Part shown: positions 1 to 10,877 of the stretch, in pieces
Layout: each line of letters begins with the position of its first letter
Numbering within the stretch: the first letter of the stretch is position 1
NCBI GenBank assembly: GCA_016748015.1
Contig: JAAOMT010000352.1
Location: 744,001 to 808,000 of the forward strand
DNA length: 64,000 nt
Source: Geosiphon pyriformis uo1
Lineage: Eukaryota > Fungi > Glomeromycota
Direction: 5' to 3'
Position numbers and translations under genes: made by a program
Notes under the pieces: generated by a model
The model's database searches: none
Seen by the model: the letters and a program-made list of their open reading frames with translations, nothing else
What the model was told of the DNA's origin: nothing

Positions 1-671
1 TTTATCATCATAAACATTGTCTTTATCTGAACAGTATTTCAATACCAAATCACCAACACTTAAAGAAAGTGTTTTATAGATTTTTTTTTTCTTAAGCTTT
101 TCTTGGAACTGTTTTATCTTTTTAAAAGCAATTATTTGTGCTTCTACCAAAAAGTCAAGAATGATACCAAGTCTTTTTTGCAAAATGTCTTTGTAATTTC
201 TTATTGTGATTTTTTTAAAGAGTATTGTTTCAATATCAGTTTCTATTGGTAGTGTTGCCATGCATTTATAGAGCAGATAAAAAGATTCATAACTTATTAT
301 GTCATGATTTACAGTTCTATAAGTAAATAAAGCTAAAGGCAGTATTTTGTTTCATAAGTTTGTTTCTTTACTGGTTTTGGCTAAGGTTTCATATAGTGTT
401 CTAATGAAATATTCTACTAGGCCATTTGTTTAAGGGTAATAAGAAGAGGAAAGTTTATGATATATTCTCATTTTTCTGCAAAGTTCTTTAACCAATGTGC
501 TGAGAAAAGTTTTTTCTCTATTAGATAAAAGTTTTTTGAGGCAGCCATGACAGCAGATGATATTTTCATAAATGAAATTGGCTATTAAGACTGCTGTTTG
601 ATCTGGGGTGGCTTTTGCTTCTATCCACTTTGTAAGATAGTTGATAGCTGTAATAATGTATCTGTTGCTAT
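1..671 (-). pseudogene. Gypsy-type integrase core/C-terminal fragment (probably the continuation of element C), cut at 671 by LTR A
   Basis: ORF 430..711 reads NRYIITAINYLTKWIEAKA...IICCHGCLKKLLSNRE...SSSYYP and continues *TNGLVE (rve DDE core); sequence differs from the A/B/D integrases; many stops. Confidence 0.85.
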
Positions 672-1542
672 TGTTACAGATGACTATTTCTAGTGTTAGA
701 TTAAATAACAAACCTATAACTTGGTGCTCAAATCTAGTTGCAGTTGATAGTAATCTGAAGATTTGTGTCTAAAAGATTTGTATCCAAAAGGTTTGGTTGA
801 GTTCTTTGTATAATGGACAGAGATTCAATAGTAATAATTTTATCCGTAGCTTCCCGAAACCACAGTTTTGTCAATTTCTTTCTCAGCTTGATGGCCAGTA
901 TTCCTTCTGGTAAGCTATCCTTAATTGAGTATTCTACTCTTATTTCTGGGTCTTTTATCAGTCACGTTTATCCTGACATTAGTACCTCGCACATTAATTC
1001 TCAATAGAGTTAGTAAATAACAATAAAATCAAAGCAAAAAATAAAGAAAAGAAAAGAAAATAAAGAAAAAAAAGAAATAAGCCAAGGCAATTTGTAAGTT
1101 AGTATTCTGTTAATAGCTGTGATCAAAAGCTATTGTTCCAGTATGGTTAAGTATCAATTACTATCAACATAAAGTGTTAATAGTGGCAGCAGGTTTGAGA
1201 TAACAAACAGTTATTTATTTGTGATTTGGAAAGTTGTCTAGATGAAATCTAAACTGAGAGGTCTGTCTTTTTAGCTTCTAATCCTACTGCTATATATACA
1301 TAATTGAGATTCCTCAATTCCTCAATTTTTCACAACAGGAATTCTGGAATTCCTGGAATCCTGCAATTCCTTTGAGAGGAATCCTGGAATTCTGGAATTC
1401 TGCAATTTCTTGTGAAAATCCTGTAATTTCTGGAATCCTGCAATTCCTGAAAAAAATCCTGGAATTCCACATTTTACTATGTCTACTTCTGATTGGTTAA
1501 TAACTATACTAATATATATTCTCTATATTTCTATAAGTAATA
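672..1542 (-). repeat. 3' LTR of element A (871 bp)
   Basis: Colinear with 9864-10701; starts tgttaca, ends gtaata (decayed gtaaca); adjacent to PPT. Confidence 0.95.
1288..1498 (-). promoter_or_regulatory. U3 promoter of LTR A: CCAAT box, (GGAATYC(C)T)n array, TATATATA
   Basis: ctgattggtt at ~1489 (CCAAT on minus), repeated ggaatcctg/ggaattcctg 1310-1470, tatatata ~1291; same layout at 10450-10657 and 18354-18566. Confidence 0.6.
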
Positions 1543-1557
1543 TTATTTCCTCCTTTT
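1543..1557 (-). other. Polypurine tract of element A
   Basis: Minus strand aaaaggaggaaataa directly before the 3' LTR. Confidence 0.85.
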
Positions 1558-2230
1558 AATATTGAGCTCTGTTGAAATCTAACTCTGTTAATTCCCCTTC
1601 TTAAAGTATTTTCTGAATTTTATTTTCGAGAATTACTTGTGTTATTTGAGTCTGTAATTCTTTAAATTGAGCATTGATGATCTTTCTTAATTGATTACTG
1701 GTAACGATATCCATTGCTTTGTTGAGTAAGATTTCTGGTTGATTCTGAAATGCTGTGTGTATTTGGTATATGGTTCAGACTTGTGTAGATAAGTTGTTCT
1801 TTCCCACAAAATGTTCTAATTGTTGTAGTATTCTTGTGTCGAATAATCACTTTGTTTTATCCATATATAGATTCTGGATATTCACATGTTGTCCCAAGTA
1901 AAAATAACAATAGTTTCTTGGAAATTGTTGTATCCATCAATTCCAAGTTTTTTTAGTCAACTCTTGGTATAGTAACTCTTTTGTTGACTCTTTTATTGCT
2001 AATTTTACTTTCACAATGATTTTGTCAATAGTATTTTCTGTTTTCTTCTGTGTTCTATGTGACAATGTCTTTCTAGTGTCTTGATATCAGATGGTTTGTT
2101 GATTAATTGTAATTTTCATCTTTTGGTGTTGAATTAATTGAAAGAGTTGTTGTGCTAATGTTGTCTGTAATTTCCATTTTTCTGATATTTCTTGTTATGT
2201 CTACCATGTCTTTATATATTTTTTTGATGG
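1556..2230 (-). pseudogene. ORF3 of element A (unknown protein in env position), disrupted
   Basis: Manual translation ...LAQQLFQLIQHQKMKITIN...PRNYCYFYLGQ...IYQIHTAFQNQPEILL...QLRKIINAQFKELQ...DFNRAQY*; aligns with ORF3 of B and D. Confidence 0.7.
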
Positions 2231-2231
2231 A

Positions 2232-3614
2232 TTAATTTAATGTGTTATTGTCAATAATGATAATTGGTTCCAAATCTCATGGAATCTCCTCTGGTTGGGC
2301 TAGTATCTTTTGTACTTCTAATTGTAGAATATTACTGGTGGATGATGGTATGATGTTGTGGTATGGTTTCAGTCAATCTTCATGTGCTGCTTTGGTTAAG
2401 ATTTTGTTATCCAGTCTTAATTTGTAAGCTCCATTCCCTAGAATTTCTTCTATGTGAAATGGTTTATCCCATTTGGGGTCAAATTTTCCACTCTATTGTT
2501 TTTCTGCTTTGGTACAATATAAGAGTACTTTGTTTCCAATCTTAAATTTAACTGGTTTGTCTGATAGTTGATTATCATGTCTTTCTTTCTGTTTCTTTTG
2601 TGACTTTTGTATGTTATCAGCTGCTCTTCTTCATTTGTTTTCTAATGTTTCTATTAAGTCATATGTTTTTCTTAACAATGTTTCTTTGAAATTTTCTTCT
2701 GTTATTGGTTCAGTTAGATATGTGTTAATTTTTATCTCAACTGGTAATGTTGCTGTTCTACCGTATATTAATTTAAATAGTGTTGCTTGTGTGGTGTCTT
2801 GTTTCATTGTTTAATAAGCAAATAATACTAATGGTATGAACAAATCTTATTTATCCTGGTTTTTTTGGCTGAGTTTTGCTATTGTTTTACACAATGTTCT
2901 ATTAAAATTTTCAATTAATTCATTGGTTTGTGAATGGTATAGTAATAATAGTGGTCTCTTAATTCCGAATTTTTGGCTTAGTTCTGCTAATGTTCTATTC
3001 ATAAAATGGGTTTTTTGGTCTGATAATAGTTCTTTTGAACATCCATGTTGACAAATCAGATCTTGATGGACGAATTTGGCAACAGATTCTGCATCCGCTC
3101 TTTGAATTGCTTTGGCTTCTGGCCATTTAGTAAGATAGTCCATAACTACTGCAATATATCTGTTGCCTCTGCTAGTAATTGTCAATGGTCTGACTAAATC
3201 AATTCCAATGCAGTCAAATGGTTGTTCTACTTTGATTGGTCTCAATGGTTCATTGGGTCTTGTTCCTCTTCTTTTTTGACAAGCATTACAATTTTGCACA
3301 TATTGGATAATGTCTGGATACATTGATGGCCAATAGTATTTCTTTCTGGTTCTTTTCATAATTGCTTCTTTATGAAAATGTCCTGCAGTTGGATTTGAGT
3401 ACATGTTGAACAGTATTGTCTCCTTTTCTGGTTTTGTAATTACTCTGGTTGTTTGATCTAAATCTTTTCTATTTTTCTAATAAAGTATATTTTGGTAAGT
3501 GATAAAATATTTGGATTGTTGTTTGATCTTCTTTTGTTCTGGTTGAGATAATTTCTTCTTGAACTGTTGAGTATCTATATAATGTTGAAGTTGTTAATAT
3601 TTTTGTGTGTTCAT
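2232..3614 (-). pseudogene. Integrase of element A (separate ORF; H2C2, DDE core, GPY/F)
   Basis: Starts MNTQKY; ORF 2847..3404 has GHFH...CNACQ...GIDL...DYLTKWPEAKA; KWDKPF near the C-terminus; one 461-codon frame with internal stops. Confidence 0.9.
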
Positions 3615-3675
3615 CTTTTGTTATATTTTCATGAGTATTGTTTTGGTTTTGTTATATTTTTGGGTTGAAATATTC

Positions 3676-6600
3676 TTAGATTTGTCTCATTCACGACAAA
3701 CTGTTGGCATTTCCATTGTCTTTTTCCTTTTTATAATGTATTATATAAGTATATGTCGAAAGAGCCATTTTTCATCTTGATTGTTTTCTGTCTCCAAATT
3801 TTTGTTTTTGGAGTGATATCAATCCTTTGTGATCTGTGTACACCTCAAACTTTTGGCTCAAGTATTTTTTCTATTTTATAACTGCTCAATAGATTGCTAA
3901 ATGTTGTAATTCTGGTGTTTCATAATTCTTTTCAGCTGGAGTTAAATCTCTGCTGGCATATGTGACTGGATGTTCTCTTCCATCCAATCCTCTCTGAGAT
4001 AGTACTGCTCCCAATGCTTGACCTGATGCATCAGTGGTGATAATGAATGATTTACTATGATCTAGATAGATCAATACTGGGGCTTGAATAAGCTTTCTTC
4101 TTAAGATGTCAAATGCTTTTTGCTGGGTTTCAGTCCATTTATACTTTGCATTTTTGGTTTGAAGATCATTGAGTGGTTGTGTTATCTTTGAAAAGTTCTT
4201 TATGAAGCGTCTATAATAGTTCACAAATCCCAAGAATGATTTCAATTCGGTTATATTGGTTGGTATTGGAAAGTTTTTTACTATCTCTATTTTCTCTGAA
4301 TCTGTTTTTATGCCATCTTTGCTAACTATGTGTCTCAAGAATTTTAGTTCTGTTTTGCCAAAAAAACACTTTGTTGCATTCAATTTTAATCCTGCTCATC
4401 ATAGTCTTTCGAACACTTGTTGGAAATGACATAAATAATCATTAAAGGTTTTTGAGAACACATTAGTGTTATTCAAGTATACAACTACTGATTTCCACAA
4501 TAAGCCTATATACATGATTTCCATTAGTCATTGGAATGTAGCTGGAGCATTGGTTAAGCCGAATGGCATAACTTCAAACTCAAAGTTTTTCTTTCTTATA
4601 GTAAATGCCATTTTTTCTTTGTCGGCTGGATTCATGGCTACTTGTCAATAACTATTATCCAAGTCTAATGTTAAGAACCATTTGTTTTCACCAAAAGCAT
4701 TGAATAATTCTTGTATCCATGGAGTTGGATAGCTGTCTCCACAAGTTACACCATTGAGTTTCCTGTAGTTTACACAAAATCGGATTTTTCCATTCTTCTT
4801 ATGGACGAGTATTACTGGTGACGACCATGGACTCATTGATGGCTGAATTAAACCTATTGTCAAGCATTCGGTTGATTTCATGGCTGGCTGGTAATACTCT
4901 ATATGCTCACTGTTTGATTGGTATTGCATTTCTAGTCTTGATCTGATGCTGAATAATATCAGTTCTGCCAAATTTGTTTTCACTGGTAAAGATGTTATTG
5001 AAATTATTGAGTAATATCTTTAGTTGCATCTGTTGAAGTGGGTCTAGATTTCCTATGTTTATCTGTTCTAATCGTTCTGGCTGTAACAAATAACATTTGT
5101 TTCATCCATAGATGATTTGTGATGTAATGTTCACATATTCACAAAGCTGTGGAAAATCTGGAATGCTGTTTGGTGCTTAATCTTTAATTTCTATGATTAA
5201 ATATTCGAGAGTGGTTTTTTCCGGTATCTCTACAATATTTCTGGTATTGTTGTAGATGGAAATTTTAATATGGTTATGGCTCTTGGCTGGTATGTGTAGA
5301 TTAATAAGTCCAATTTCTCCTAATTCACAAAGGGTTGCATCTGCTTCAAAAATCTGTTCTTGCTCTTTTTCTCTCCTTTCTATTGCTAATATGTATCGGC
5401 TATATGGTGGAATGGAAATTGTTTGACCAGTTGAGATAATTTCTCCTTGACCAATAATTTTTTCCTCCACCATATTGACTGGTACATCTATTCTACCCAT
5501 TAATTCAAATCTCTGTATCCCTCTTGCTGTTATCCCTAATTTTTTTCTATTTTTTACTGAAACTAACTGAGCTATTTTTACCAGAGGCAGAAATATTGCC
5601 TGTGCTATCCTTTCATTTGGATCTATAACATAGGCCTTTTCTGAGTTATTTTGTAGCATAGCAATAATATTTCCTACATATTCTGCATCAATTATTCCTC
5701 CTTTGATGTTTATTCTCTTTTTCGCTAAACTACTTCTAGATGCTAATTGAACCATTGTTGTTGCTAGAATTTCCAGTGCTATTTTCAGATTGATACAAGT
5801 GTGCAAATGGGGTTCCAATTTGATAGCGTTCTTTCCTGAATATCTCAGATTAAATCCTGCATCAATATTATGTGCATGTTCTGGCATAATACCTTTATCA
5901 TTATCACTAAACCATTTCAGTTCTTGCTTCTTGGTGAGGTCAGGGAGTGTAATATATTGTTTGTAGTTTGAATCAGAGTTTGAATCTAAGTTGGAATCAT
6001 TGTCATTGTTATAGCTATTTTGAAAGGAGCTGGAACTGTTATTTTTGTTATCATTGTTGTCAAAGTTTAAATCGGAATTGAAACTTGATTCCAATTCTGA
6101 TGTGCAGCTGTTGATTGGTTCTTCTTCTTCAAGGATTGTGTAGATCATGCATGATAGTGGATTGTAGATGAGATCACAATCATCACAGAATTGGAAATCA
6201 AATGGAATCAAACAGTAGTCACATAATTGGGTGTTGATTTCTTCCAAGTGTTGCTTTTGCTCTTTTCTCATAGATGCTAGATTCTGATAGTGTTCATGAA
6301 ATTCTTCTGGGCTGTTTTTTAAGTCAATAAAGGTGTCCGGGTTGAGAACCAAAACAATATCTGTTGGTTCTGGAAGGTTATTCTTGATCTCCAGAATTTT
6401 ACTGGGCAAAGTGCTTTCTACTTTGGCATTGGCTATTTGCCAGATCTCGTCCTCATTGTGTGGATAGCTGTCTAGGTGAGATATAGCTTGGTGCCATGCT
6501 GCTGTGATGGGCGTACCATGACTCACCCAGTCGCTGATAAGAATCATGTATTGGCATAAAGTGTTGCATGTTCCTTCTCGACCAGGAATGTCATTTCACA

Positions 6601-9600
6601 TTCTTTCGTTGAGTAATTGTTTGTCGCAAGCAAAACATGGTTTGTTGTTCCACTTGCCTTGTCTTTTTGGATAGCCATATTGTTCCCTATGGCAGGACTT
6701 GCAATAGTAATGGGTTCACATCCAGTAGTCTTCATCTGACACTATCCAAGCTTTTATTAAGAACAGTTTCTTCCCACAGTCCTTACATTTGAGAGGTATA
6801 TATGGTGGCTCTTTTATTGGTTTATGTGAGTATTCCTTTTCCCAGTCATTAGTTATTTCTTTTGCAGTGGTGGTTTTTTCAAGTATGTTTTCTTCCCTTC
6901 TTTTCCCTTTTTTTTTGCTTTTTTCTTTCCAATCTAGAATTGGTGGCATCTCGCTTTGGTTGTTGTTGGTCCAAACATTGATGGTGGCTTCTCAAATAGG
7001 TTTTTCTCTTTGTTTCTCCTTTCTGTTGTCATTGTTGTCTTAGGCAAGTATTGGTGGCAGTTTATTGTGGTTAATGTTGGCCTACAAGACTTGGTATGCT
7101 TCTTAGGTGGGTTTCACTTTTTTTTCCTTGAATTTGATGGCATGATGTTGATGGCGTAGTGATGGGCTTGAAGTGGCCACATGTGGCTGGTACCCATGTG
7201 TGTCAACTATTCTGGCTAAGTTGGAGCTCTTGGGTGTTCCAATCTAGGGTTATGTTGGTTTTGGACAGCCAATCATTCTCAACAAGTGGTTGGTATTGAA
7301 TGGCTTCTATGACAAGTACTTTGATTGGTACTATGATGCTGTTGACTTCTATAGGGAAATCATCAATCTCTCCAATGGATGTTTTGGTCATTTCATTGGC
7401 TGTAATAATCCTGGCACTGGCAGTGCAATCAACTCGGCAATCTAATTGATCCATGAATTGTCTTGTGATGATGCTGCCAGCTGATCCACTATCTAGGATT
7501 AGTTTGATGAAGTGACCATCAACTTTCACATCAGTATACATCACAGTGATGGGTTTCTTCTCAAGTGCTGCTCCACTAAACAAAGGTGGGTTGATGGTTT
7601 CCTCCAATTCAAAAAAAAAGATGGCTGTGAGAGATTTGTTTTCGGTGACCATTACTGGTGAAATATTGTTGGTGAGAGAAGCTGGGGATTAGTTGATGAA
7701 CAACTATCGCTGATCTCCAGTTTTGAGTGATTCTAAGTCTTGGGTTTCTTGATGTCATTTGAGTGGGGTTTTGAAGTGGTGTTTGAATTGGTTGTTGGGA
7801 CTGATAAATTATTTGGGACTATAACTGATAAATTACCAGTGGCTGCAGTTAATAAATTAGAGGTTGATATACTGGTGGTTGATAGATTGGTTGTTGCATC
7901 ATTGGCAAGTAAGTGGTTTGATATTGGTCTTAATTTGGGTAGTGATTTTGAGTCTGAAATCTGTGATCAGGGTTTCGATATTGATTTCCCGATCATGAAT
8001 TGTTGCTATAAAATCGACAGTTGGCTCTAATGTGACTTTGTTTACCACAGTTGTGACAAACACGCATTTCTGGCTGCCACAGCTGATTGAATAACAATGA
8101 TGACAATGATGTTGATGGATGCGGCTGATTTTGGAAACGATTCATGTTTCCTGAATTATTGCATTGTTGTGGTGGTTAATAAATTGCACAATTGTTAGCT
8201 AAGTATTCCTCTAGTTTCTGATTGATTGTATCACTGAATTGTTTTAGTTTAGAATCCAAGTCAGATGATCCATTCATCACTAAATTTACAGCTTGGGCAT
8301 GGTTGGCTTTTAGCTCAGCTGTTTCAAAATCTCTGGCATAGATGACAATGGTTGGGAGGTCAACTGAATGCATTGGACATACTTGCTGAAAGATGCTATT
8401 GTGCAATCATCTGATGAACTGGTTTAAGATCTGTGGCACTGTAAAGTAATCAGCTTGAATTGCCTGAATTTGGTGCAGATTTCTATGAAAGTGTCCCAAG
8501 TAAGTGGTGACTGCTTCTGTGTCCCCTTGTTTGATGGTGGTGAATGTGTTGGTTAAGCAATTGATATTATTGTTATTACTAAAATATCTCAAGAATTCTG
8601 TTTTGAACTCATTGAAGGTTTGTGGTTTGGTGGCTAGGCTCTGATAATATGAGTTGATAGTATCTTTGAGAAAATAGGGAATTGCTTGAAGGGCTTTACC
8701 ATCATTCCATCTATTGACCACTATGGCTTTTTTAATGTTGTTGAGCCATATTTGGGCATTGTTCTTTTCACCAGTAAAATTGTCAAGTTTTGTGATTGGT
8801 GTGTAGACCATTGGATCTAAGTTGAGTTGTTGTAGTGGTAGTTGAAATGGTTGTTGTTGCATGGATTGTTGGGGTGGTAGTTGAAGTGACAGTTGTATGG
8901 GTTCAGCTATTGGATTAATCAGTGGTTGATCAATGACGATTACTGGAAGTAAGTTTTGTTGATTTATTAAATCATGGTTTTGATTATTCTGAGTTGGCAG
9001 TGTCTGAATATTCAGAGTTTTGATTTCCAGATTTTTTGGGTTTAGATTTTGCTGGGTTTGAAGATTTGGGGTTTCAAATTCTGGGTTTTCAATGATCGGG
9101 TTTTGGTAAATAAATTCTTGATCTTCAGCTTCTTTTTCTTCTTCTTCTTCTGATTTCATTACTTCTCACAGATCAGAAATTCTGAAATTTGGGGGAGGCA
9201 GTGGCAATTGAAGTCCTAATGGTGTTGATGATCACAAGTTAAATCCTTCAAAATATGTGCTGTATAGTCCTAATAACTCTGCTTTTCTTTGTTTACTTTG
9301 GAATGGGAATTGTCCAAATGCTGATGTCATGATTGATGTGGCTGCACCAGTAGATGTAATATTAATAGTGCTTCCAAATGTATAGTGGTATGATAGATTA
9401 GTTGGGAACTCAACTCTTGTTTTCTTCCAAGTAGATGGTTGTATTTTTTTGGGTGTTACTGCTGGTGTTTGCAGTTTTCCTTTGCCTTTGCTTGCGTAAG
9501 TAATGGGGTATCTTTGCTGTGTATAGTGTTTAATTTTTTTGTTGATTTCCGTGATAATGAAGGCAAAATTGTGATTTGTTGACAGGTTGGTATTTTGAAT

Positions 9601-9790
9601 TAATTCACTGTAAAAGGCTTTTCTTGCTGATTTGATATTTACTAGTGTTTCTAACAGATAGGCAATTCTTTTGTTGACGTAGAAATTAAAAGCTGATTCC
9701 ACTGATATGTGGTTGTGATTTAATCTCAAATGTTAACAGTAGTGTTAAAATAAGGATTTCACAAATTCTAGATGGTTTGCTCCTATGTTT
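3676..9790 (-). pseudogene. gag-protease-Cys-rich-dUTPase-RT-RNaseH polyprotein of element A, fragmented
   Basis: Gag-like 8176..9729; LILDSGSAGSII (7203..7652); dUTPase (5177..6547); RT SPWSSPV..RFCVNYRKLN, MPFGL; RNaseH TDASGQALGAVLSQ (3886..4383); ends ANSLS*MRQI*; start position approximate. Confidence 0.92.
5490..5920 (-). pseudogene. dUTPase domain in element A pol
   Basis: DAGFNL, ASRSSL, GGIIDAEYVG, RIAQAI and decayed RGIQRFELMG correspond to motifs 1-5 of trimeric dUTPases. Confidence 0.9.
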
Positions 9791-9844
9791 TCTGATTCTG
9801 CCACTTTTAAATTTGTGTTGGTGCTGGTTTTCTGTAGGATTATA

Positions 9845-9861
9845 CCTCACAGAGAGCACCA
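9845..9861 (-). other. Primer-binding site of element A (TGGTGCTCTCTGTGAGG)
   Basis: Begins TGG 2 nt after the 5' LTR; complementary to a tRNA 3' end ...CCUCACAGAGAGCACCA. Confidence 0.85.
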
Positions 9862-9863
9862 AA

Positions 9864-10701
9864 TGTTACAGGTGACTATTTCTGGTGTTGGATTAGATAA
9901 CAAATCCATAACTTGGTGCTCAAATCTAGTTGCAGTTGATAGTGATCTGAAGGTTTGTGTCTGAAAGATTTGTATCCAAAGGGTTTGGTTGAGTTCTTTG
10001 TATAATGAACAGAGATTCAATGGTAATAGTTTTATCCGTAGCTTTCCAAAACCACAGTTTTGTCAATTTCTTTCTCAGCTTGATGGCTGGTATTCCTCCT
10101 GGTAAGCTATTCTCAATCGAGTGTTCTACTCTTATTTCTGGATCTTTTACCAGTCACGTTTATCTTGACATTAGTACCCCACGCGTTAATCCTCAATAAA
10201 GTTAGTAAACAACAATAAAATCAAAGCAAAAAATAAAGAAAAAAAAAGAAAATAAAGAAAAAAAAGAAATAAGCCAAGGCAATTTACAAGTTAGTATTCC
10301 GTCAATAGCCATAATCAAAAGCTATTGTTCCAGTGTGGTTAAGTATCAATTACTATCAACATGAAGTGTTAATAGTGGCAGTGGGTTTGAAATAACAAAC
10401 AGTTATTTATTTGTGAGAGATCTGTCTTTTTAACTTCTAATTCTACTGCTATATATACATAATTGAGATTTCTCAATTCCTCAATTCTTCACAACAGGAA
10501 TCCTGGAATTTTTGGAATCCTGCAATTCCTTTGAGAGGAATTCTGGAATTCTGGAATCCTGTGATTCCTTGTAAAAATCCTGTAATTTCTGAAATTCTGC
10601 AATTCCTAAAAGGAATCCTGGAATTCCACATTTTATTATGTCTACTTCTGATTGGTTAATAACTATGCTAATATATATTCCCTATATTTCTATGAGTAAC
10701 A
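9864..10701 (-). repeat. 5' LTR of element A (838 bp)
   Basis: tgttaca...gtaaca; 33 bp shorter than 672-1542, with the deletion near 10415. Confidence 0.95.
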
Positions 10702-10776
10702 GCAGAAGATGCATCATCAATAATTAAGAGCACCAAATATTACCATTTTCCATACCCATTAAGTTTACCCATAACA
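10702..10776 (+). repeat. Remnant (U5 end) of the 5' LTR of element B
   Basis: Aligns to ~20717-20791 with transition differences. Confidence 0.88.
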
Positions 10777-10778
10777 TT

Positions 10779-10795
10779 TGGTGCTCCCTATAAGA
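10779..10795 (+). other. Primer-binding site of element B (decayed)
   Basis: tggtgctccctataag 2 nt after the LTR end; matches PBS A apart from transitions. Confidence 0.8.
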
Positions 10796-10877
10796 TTATA
10801 AATTCACAGAGACAGAGCACCCCAGAAATACACAAAAGTAGCGACTATTAGAACAATAGGAAAGAACCACTCCTCAT

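Larger units (their letters stand above)
672..10701 (-). mobile_element. Ty3/Gypsy-type LTR retrotransposon A (LTR-PBS-gag-PR-Cys-rich-dUTPase-RT-RNaseH / separate IN / ORF3-PPT-LTR), decayed
   Basis: Direct repeats 672-1542 and 9864-10701 with TGTTAC...GTAACA ends, PBS, PPT, domain order PR-RT-RH-IN; flanks CTAT / GCAG do not form a TSD. Confidence 0.95.

Noticed and set aside
813-1007. Small ORF repeated at 813..1007 and 10005..10199 (related at 17792..18082)
   Set aside because: Lies antisense within duplicated LTRs; repetition reflects LTR identity and there is no evidence of coding.
5177-6547. Host dUTPase gene (DUT1)
   Set aside because: Embedded in retrotransposon pol in three separate elements.
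9845-9861. tRNA gene
   Set aside because: Only the 17-nt 3'-end match (PBS); no cloverleaf.
10728-10795. Canonical Tf1-type self-priming
   Set aside because: The anti-PBS lies ~600-670 nt downstream of the likely TATA rather than at the transcript 5' end, and the PBS looks tRNA-like; kept only as a hairpin hypothesis.
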